Source: Lingula anatina | Taxonomy: Eukaryota > Animalia > Brachiopoda | Assembly: GCA_051362555.1 (NCBI GenBank) | Contig: CM120642.1 | Coordinates: forward strand, 22,010,001-22,074,000 | DNA: 64,000 nucleotides | Direction: 5' to 3' | Shown: in pieces, positions 56,175-64,000 of the stretch | How positions within the stretch are numbered: the first letter of the stretch is position 1 | Layout of the letters: every line of letters begins with the position of its first letter | Translations under genes and position numbers: made by a program | Notes under the pieces: model-generated | What the model saw: the letters and a program-made list of their open reading frames with translations, nothing else | The model's database searches: none | What the model was told of the DNA's origin: nothing

Positions 56175-59100
56175 CTAATTACAGTGCACATTACTATTAT
56201 CAATGTACATGTTTATATTCATTTTAATCACTGTGTATGTTTGCGTTGTTACTGTTTGTGTCTGCATATATTTCTGATCACTGTGTAAGTCTGTTTGTTT
56301 TTCTATTTGTTTGTAATCATTGTCATTGCTGTTCATGTTTGTGTTGTCATTGTTTTGGTTTGTTTTTATTGGGATCACTGTGTATGTTTGTGTCATTATT
56401 GTTGGTGTTTGTATTTATTATTAGCAATGTGTATGTCAGTTTTGTCCCTCTATTTGTTTATTATTATAACTATAGCACTGAATGCTGAGTGTTGTCAATG
56501 TATGTCTATGTGTCTATTTATATTCTTTTTTCTGTGTCTGTTCTGTATTGATACTAAATGTGTTTGTGTATATTGTGATGACTGTGAACGGCTATGTTTG
56601 CACTTTTTTCCCTTGTGTTCATTGTCATAACAGTGCACGTTACTGTTATCACTGTCCATGTATATATTTATTTTGATCAAAGTGTATGTTTGTGTTGTTA
56701 TTGTTTGTGTCTGCACATAATTCTGATCACTGTGAAAGTCTATTTGTCCTTCTGTTTGTTTGTAATAAATATCATTACTGTGCATGTTAATGTTGTCACT
56801 GTTTGTGTTTGTATTTATCGTGATCACTGTATGTGTTTGCGTCATTACTATTAATGTTTGTATTTATTGTGAACACTATTTCCATTCTGTACTGTTCGTG
56901 TTTGTATATATATTGTGATCACTGTGTATGTCTCTGTTTTCACTCCATCACTGATTACTGTGTATTACTGTGTAATCATCCAATTAATTTGTGTTCATTC
57001 TGATTACTCTACATGGTTGTGTTGTCACTGTACATGTCAAAATTCATTCTGATCACTGTGTATGTCTGTATTGTGACTGTGTTTGTTTGTATTTATTTAC
57101 ATTAATGTTCATGTTTGTGTTGGCACTGGTCATTTTTGTATTTATTGTGAGCATTATGTACGTCTATTTTGTCAGTGTATTTGTTTGTAATCATTACTAT
57201 TACTCTGCATGATAGTACTGTCACTGTATGTCTATGTGTCTGTTTATATTCTGTTCTCTGAGTCTATTCTGTATTGTCACTGTATGTGTTTCCATGTATT
57301 GTGATCACTGTGTATGGCTATGTTTTCACTCTTTTTCCTTGTGTTCATTTTCATTACGATGCATGTTACTGTTATAACTGTACATGTTAATATTTATTTT
57401 GATCACTGTACCTGTTGTGTCATTACTGTTGGTGTTTGTATTTATTGAGAGCAATGTTTATGTCAGTTTTTTCTCTCTATATGTTTTTAATCATTATTAT
57501 AACTGTTCATGTTTGTGTTGTTGCTGCAAGCATAGATTGTGGCTGTTTATATTCCGATTGCTGTTTCCATTTTCTATTGTCATGTGTGTATGTCTGTATT
57601 GTGACCGTGTTTGTTTGTATTTATTTACATTACTGTTCATGTTTGTGTCATTACTGTTGGTGTTTGTATTAATTGTTAGCAATGCTTATGTCAGTTTTGT
57701 CCCTCTTTTTGTTTATTATTATAACTATAGCACTGAATGCTGAGTGTTGTCAATGTATGTCTATGTGTCTATTTATATTCTTTTTCTGTGTCTATTCTGT
57801 ATTGATACTAAATGTGTTTGTGTATATTGTGATGACTGTGTACGGCTATGTTTGCACTCTTTTCCCTTGTGTTCATTGTCATAACAGTGCACATTACTGT
57901 TATCATTGTCCATGTGAATATTTATTAAGATCAATGTGTATGTTTGTGTTGTTACTGTTTGTGTCTGCACATAATTCTGATCACTGTGAAAGTCTATTTG
58001 TCCTTCTGTTTGTTTGTAATGATTCTCATTACTGTGCATGATAATGATGTCACTGTTTGTGTTTGTATTTATTGTGATCACTGTATGTGTTTGCGTAGGT
58101 ACTGTTGTTGTTTGTATTTATTGTGAACACTGTTTCTATTCAGTGCTGTCATTGTACGTGTTTGTATATATATTGTGATCACTTCATCCTTGTGTTCATT
58201 TTCATTACAATGCATGTTACTGTTATAACAGTTACTTTGTTACTTTATATGGTTGTGTTGTCACTGTACATGTCAACTTATTCTGTTCACTGTGTATGTC
58301 TGTATTGTGACTGTGTTTGTTTGTATTTATTTTGATTACTGTGCATGATTGTCTTGTCACTGTTTGTGTTTGTATTTATCATGATCACTGTATATGTTTG
58401 CATCGTTACTGTTGATGTTTGTATTTATTGTCAACACTGTTTCCATGCTGTACTGTCATTGTATGTTTTTGTATATATATTGTGATCACTGTGTATGTCT
58501 TTGTTTTCACCCCATCACTGATCATTGTGTATGACTGTGCTATCACCTAATTAATTAGTGTTCATTCTGGTTACTGTGCATGGTTGTGTTGTCACTATAC
58601 ATGTCAAAATTTATTCTGATCACTGTGTATGTCTGTATTGTGACTGTGTTTGTTTGTATTTATTTACATTACTGTTCACATTTGTGTTGTCACTGTTCGT
58701 GTTTCTATTTATTGTGAGCAATGTGTATGTCTGTTTTGTCAATGTATTTGTTTGTAATCATTTCTATTACTCTGCATGATGGTACTGTCACTGTATGTGT
58801 ATGTGTCTCTTTATATTCTGTACTCTGTGTCTATTCTGTATTGTCACTGTATGTGTTTCCATGTATTGTGATCACTGTGTACGGCTATGTTTTCACTCTT
58901 TTTTCCTTTTGCTCATTTTCATTACGAAGCATGTTACTGTTATAACTGTGCATGTTAATATTTATTTTGATCACTGTTCATGTTTGTGTCATTACTGTTG
59001 GTGTTTCTATTGTGAGCAATGTTTATGTCAGTTTTTACTCTCTATATGTTTCTTTATCATTATTATAACTGTTCATGTTTGTGTTGTTGCTGTAAGCATA

Positions 59101-60818
59101 GTTTGTGTCTTTTTATGTTCCAATTGCTGTTTCCATTCTCTATTGTCATTATATGTGTTTGTATATGTATTGTGATCACTGTGTATGTCTGTGTTTTCAC
59201 CCCATCACTGATCACTGTGTATGACTGTGCTATCACCTAATTATATAATTAGTGTTCATTCTGGTTACTGTGCATGGTTGCGTTGTCACTGTACATGTCA
59301 AAATTTATTCTGATCACTGTGTATGTCTGTATTGTGACTGTGTTTGTTTGTATTTATTAACATTACTGTTCATGTTTGTGTCATTACTGTTGGTGTTTTT
59401 ATTTATTGTTAGTAATGTGTATGTCAGTTTTGTCTTTAAATTACTACTGCGCTGAATGATGGTGTTTTCAATGTATGACTATGTTTCTGTTTATATTCTG
59501 TTTGCTGTGTCTATTCACTATTGCTACTGAATGTGTTTGTATATATTGTGGTTACTGTGTATGGCTATGTTTCCACCCTTTTTACTTGTGTTTATTCTAA
59601 TTACAGTGCACATTACTATTATCAATGTACATGTTTATATTAATTTTGACCACTGTGTATGTTTGTGTTGTTACTGTTTGTGTCTACACATAATTCTGAT
59701 CACTGTGAAAGTCTGTTTGTCCTTCTATTTGTTTGTAATAATTATCATTACTGTGCCTGTTAATGTTATCACTGTTTGTGTTTGTATTTATTGTGATCAC
59801 TGTATGTGTTTGCATAGTTACTGTTTATGTTTGTATTTATTGTGAACACTGTTTCTATTCTGTACTGTCATTGTACATGTTTGTATATATATTGTGATCA
59901 CTGTGTATATCTCTGTTTTTCACTCCATCACTGATCACTGTGTATTACTGTGTATTACTGTGTAATCATCCAATTAATTTGTGTTTATTCTGATTACTAT
60001 ACATGGTTGCGTTGTCACTGTACATGTCAAAATTTATTCTGATCACTTTGTATGTCTGTATTGGGACTGTGTTTGTTTGTATTTATTTACATTACTGCTC
60101 TCGTTTGTGTTGTCACTGTTCGTGTTTGTATTTATTGTGAGCAATGTGCAAGTCTGTTTTGTCAATGTATTTGTTTGTAATCATTACTATTACTCTGCAT
60201 GATAGTACTGTCACTGTATGTCTGTGTGTCTGTTTATATTCTTGTGTTCATTTTCATTACTGTGGAAGTTACTTTTATCACTTTTACTGTTAATATTTAT
60301 TTTGTTCACTATGCTTGTTACTGTTATAACAGCTACTTGGTTACTTTACATGGTTGTGTTGTCACTGTACATGTCAGCTTATTCTGTTCACTGTGTATGT
60401 CTGTGTTTTCACCCCATCACTATCACTGTGTATGACTCTGCTATCACCTAATTATATATGTGTTTATTCTGGTTACTGTGCATGGTTGTGTTGTCACTGT
60501 ACATGTCAAAATTTATTCTGATCACTGTGTATGTCTGTATTGTGACTCTGTTTGTTTGTATTTATTTACATTACTGTTCATGTTTGTGTCATTACTGTTG
60601 GTGTTTGTATTTATTGTTAGCAATGCTTATGTCAGTTTTGTCACTCTCTTTGTTTGTAAACATTACTATTGCTCTGAATGATGGTGTTGTCAATGTATGA
60701 CTATGTGTCTGTTTATATTCTGTTTGCTATGTCTATTCACTATTGCTACTGAGTGTGTTTGTATATATTGTGATGACTGTGTACGCCCATGTTTCCACTC
60801 TTTTTCCTTGTGTTTATT
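56175..60818 (+). repeat. HOR copy U15, 4644 bp
   Basis: Anchor spacing 4644; same 1-bp deletion near 57415. Confidence 0.95.
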
Positions 60819-63800
60819 CTAATTACAGTGCACATTACTATTATCAATGTACATGTTTATATTCATTTTAATCACTGTGTATGTTTGCGTTGTTACTGTT
60901 TGTGTCTGCATATATTTCTGATCACTGTGTAAGTCTGTTTGTTTTTCTATTTGTTTGTAATCATTGTCATTGCTGTTCATGTTTGTGTTGTCATTGTTTT
61001 GGTTTGTTTTTATTGGGATCACTGTGTATGTTTGTGTCATTATTGTTGGTGTTTGTATTTATTATTAGCAATGTGTATGTCAGTTTTGTCCCTCTATTTG
61101 TTTATTATTATAACTATAGCACTGAATGCTGAGTGTTGTCAATGTATGTCTATGTGTCTATTTATATTCTTTTTTCTGTGTCTATTCTGTATTGATACTA
61201 AATGTGTTTGTGTATATTGTGATGACTGTGTACGGCTATGTTTGCACTCTTTTCCCTTGTGTTCATTGTCATAACAGTGCACGTTACTGTTATCACTGTC
61301 CATGTATATATTTATTTTGATCAAAGTGTATGTTTGTGTTGTTATTGTTTGTGTCTGCACATAATTCTGATCACTGTGAAAGTCTATTTGTCCTTCTGTT
61401 TGTTTGTAATAAATATCATTACGGTGCATGTTAATGTTGTCACTGTTTGTGTTTGTATTTATCGTGATCACTGTATGTGTTTGCGTCATTACTATTAATG
61501 TTTGTATTTATTGTGAACACTATTTCCATTCTGTACTGTTCGTGTTTGTATATATATTGTGATCACTGTGTATGTCTCTGTCTTCACTCCATCACTGATC
61601 ACTGTGTATCACTGTGTAATCATCCAATTAATTTGTGTTCATTCTGATTACTCTACATGGTTGTGTTGTCACTGTACATGTCAAAATTCATTCTGATCAC
61701 TGTGTATGTCTGTATTGTGACTGTGTTTGTTTGTATTTATTTACATTAATGTTCATGTTTGTGTTGGCACTGGTCATTTTTGTATTTATTGTGAGCATTA
61801 TGTACGTCTATTTTGTCAGTGTATTTGTTTGTAATCATTACTATTACTCTGCATGATAGTACTGTCACTGTATGTCTATGTGTCTGTTTATATTCTGTTC
61901 TCTGTGTCTATTCTGTATTGTCACTGTATATGTTTCCATGTATTGTGATCACTGTGTATGGCTATGTTTTCACTCTTTTTCCTTGTGTTCATTTTCATTA
62001 CGATGCATGTTACTGTTATAACTGTACATGTTAATATTTATTTTGATCACTGTACCTGTTTGTGTCATTACTGTTGGTGTTTGTATTTATTGAGAGCAAT
62101 GTTTATGTCAGTTTTTTCTCTCTATATGTTTTTAATCATTATTATAACTGTTCATGTTTGTGTTGTTGCTGCAAGCATAGATTGTGGCTGTTTATATTCC
62201 GATTGCTGTTTCCATTTTCTATTGTCATGTGTGTATGTCTGTATTGTGACTGTGTTTGTTTGTATTTATTTACATTACTGTTCATGTTTGTGTCATTACT
62301 GTTGGTGTTTGTATTAATTGTTAGCAATGCTTATGTCAGTTTTGTCCCTCTTTTTGTTTATTATTATAACTATAGCACTGAATGCTGAGTGTTGTCAATG
62401 TATGTCTATGTGTCTATTTATATTCTTTTTTCTGTGTCTATTCTGTATTGATACTAAATGTGTTTGTGTATATTGTGATGACTGTGTACGGCTATGTTTG
62501 CACTCTTTTCCCTTGTGTTCATTGTCATAACAGTGCACATTACTGTTATCATTGTCCATGTGAATATTTATTAAGATCAATGTGTATGTTTGTGTTGTTA
62601 CTGTTTGTGTCTGCACATAATTCTGATCACTGTGAAAGTCTATTTGTCCTTCTGTTTGTTTGTAATAATTCTCATTACTGTGCCTGTTAATGATGTCACT
62701 GTTTGTGTTTGTATTTATTGTGATCACTGTATGTGTTTGCGTAGGTACTGTTGTTGTTTGTATTTATTGTGAACACTGTTTCTATTCAGTGCTGTCATTG
62801 TACATGTTTGTATATATATTGTGATCACTTCATCCTTGTGTTCATTTTCATTACAATGCATGTTACTGTTATAACAGTTACTTTGTTACTTTATATGGTT
62901 GTGTTGTCACTGTACATGTCAACTTATTCTGTTCACTGTGTATGTCTGTATTGTGACTGTGTTTGTTTGTATTTATTTTGATTACTGTGCATGATTGTCT
63001 TGTCACTGTTTGTGTTTGTATTTATCATGATCACTGTATATGTTTGCGTCGTTACTGTTGATGTTTGTATTTATTGTCAACACTGTTTCCATGCTGTACT
63101 GTCATTGTATGTTTTTGTATATATATTGTGATCACTGTGTATGTCTTTGTTTTCACCCCATCACTGATCATTGTGTATGACTGTGCTATCACCTAATTAA
63201 TTAGTGTTCATTCTGGTTTCTGTGCATGGTTGTGTTGTCACTATACATGTCAAAATTTATTCTGATCACTGTGTATGTCTGTATTGTGACTGTGTTTGTT
63301 TGTATTTATTTACATTACTGTTCACATTTGTGTTGTCACTGTTCGTGTTTCTATTTATTGTGAGCAATGTGTATGTCTGTTTTGTCAATGTATTTGTTTG
63401 TAATCATTTCTATTACTCTGCATGATGGTACTGTCACTGTATGTGTATGTGTCTCTTTATATTCTGTTCTCTGTGTCTATTCTGTATTGTCACTGTATGT
63501 GTTTCCATGTATTGTGATCACTGTGTACGGCTATGTTTTCACTCTTTTTTCCTTGTGCTCATTTTCATTACGAAGCATGTTAATGTTGTAACTGTGCATG
63601 TTTATATTTATTTTGATCACTGTTCATGTTTGTGTCATTACTGTTGGTGTTTCTATTGTGAGCAATGTTTATGTCAGTTTTTACTCTCTATATGTTTCTT
63701 TATCATTATTATAACTGTTCATGTTTGTGTTGTTGCTGTAAGCATAGTTTGTGTCTTTTTATATTCCAATTGCTGTTTCCATTCTCTATTGTCATTGTAT

Positions 63801-64000
63801 GTGTTTGTATATGTATTGTGATCACTGTGTATGTCTGTGTTTTCACCCCATCACTGATCACTGTGCATGACTGTGCTATCACCTAATTATATAATTAGTG
63901 TTCAATCTGGTTACTGTGCATGGTTGCGTTGTCACTGTACATGTCAAAATTTATTCTGATCACTGTGTATGTCTGTATTGTGACTGTGTTTGTTTGTATT
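60819..64000 (+). repeat. HOR copy U16, partial, divergent haplotype
   Basis: Offset to U1 changes from 60734 to 60735 because of an extra T near 62431; lacks the 1-bp deletion of U13-U15; carries several private substitutions. Confidence 0.92.

Larger units (their letters stand above)
1..64000. repeat. Continuous AT-rich tandem satellite array with ~4.6-kb higher-order repeat; extends beyond both window edges
   Basis: The same ORF set and nucleotide landmarks recur at fixed offsets. The minus-strand 'MTQTYTVI' anchor occurs at 85, 4730, 9233, 13736, 15733, 20236, 24739, 29242, 33745, 35742, 40245, 42242, 46887, 51531, 56175 and 60819. No unique sequence or inversion was seen. Confidence 0.99.

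Noticed and set aside
85-62727. Minus-strand Thr/Asn/Gln/His-rich ORFs resembling mucin or low-complexity proteins
   Set aside because: None exceeds 116 aa; they are the reverse-complement translation of the same satellite, with frequent stops and no recognisable domain.
147-63886. Hundreds of plus-strand Cys/Val/Leu/Phe-rich ORFs of 60-141 aa that look like membrane or metal-binding peptides
   Set aside because: They overlap in all three frames, reuse the same motifs in shifted frames because 49 is not divisible by 3, and are opened or closed by single SNPs and 1-bp indels between copies. They reflect TG-rich composition, not genes.
1-64000. CRISPR-like array (recurring TGATCACTGTG motif with variable intervening sequence)
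   Set aside because: Intervening sequences are homologous degenerate monomers rather than unique spacers, the motif is short and variable, and there are no cas genes or leader.
1-64000. Assignment to known satellites of similar unit length (human 48-bp CER, 147-bp ACRO1, Trypanosoma brucei CIR147 or 50-bp repeats)
   Set aside because: Only the lengths are similar; I recognise no sequence match and cannot run the search that would decide it.
1-64000. CENP-B boxes or telomeric TTAGGG tracts
   Set aside because: No TTCG-N4-A-N2-CGGG motif or TTAGGG run was seen while reading the unit.

Overview
The whole 64 kb is one uninterrupted, single-orientation, AT-rich tandem satellite array of eukaryotic type. 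I find no credible protein-coding genes, RNA genes, transposons or CRISPR arrays; every ORF in the track is a low-complexity translation of the repeat. The array is nested at four levels. (1) A degenerate ~49-bp monomer made of two homologous subunits of 21 and 28 bp (approximate consensus by eye: ACTGTGTATGTTTGTGTTGTC + ACTGTTTGTGTTTGTATTTATTGTGATC). (2) Five related sub-blocks per large unit, each marked by an AATTA-rich core. (3) A near-identical higher-order repeat (HOR) of 4645 bp with length variants of 4503, 1997 and 4644 bp. Anchor-to-anchor spacings from position 85 are 4645, 4503, 4503, 1997, 4503, 4503, 4503, 4503, 1997, 4503, 1997, 4645, 4644, 4644, 4644, then a partial copy. (4) Super-units of the form (4503)n+1997, measuring 11003, 20009 and 6500 bp, plus a probable 9288-bp dimer. 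The most notable details are two deletion junctions that each carry a locally templated patch, mosaic HOR copies that let the expansion history be read, inter-copy differences at CpG sites, perfect AT palindromes, and a monomer that resembles a 12-bp-spacer V(D)J recombination signal. The organisation is what is seen in centromeric or heterochromatic satellites, but neither function nor species can be established from the sequence alone.
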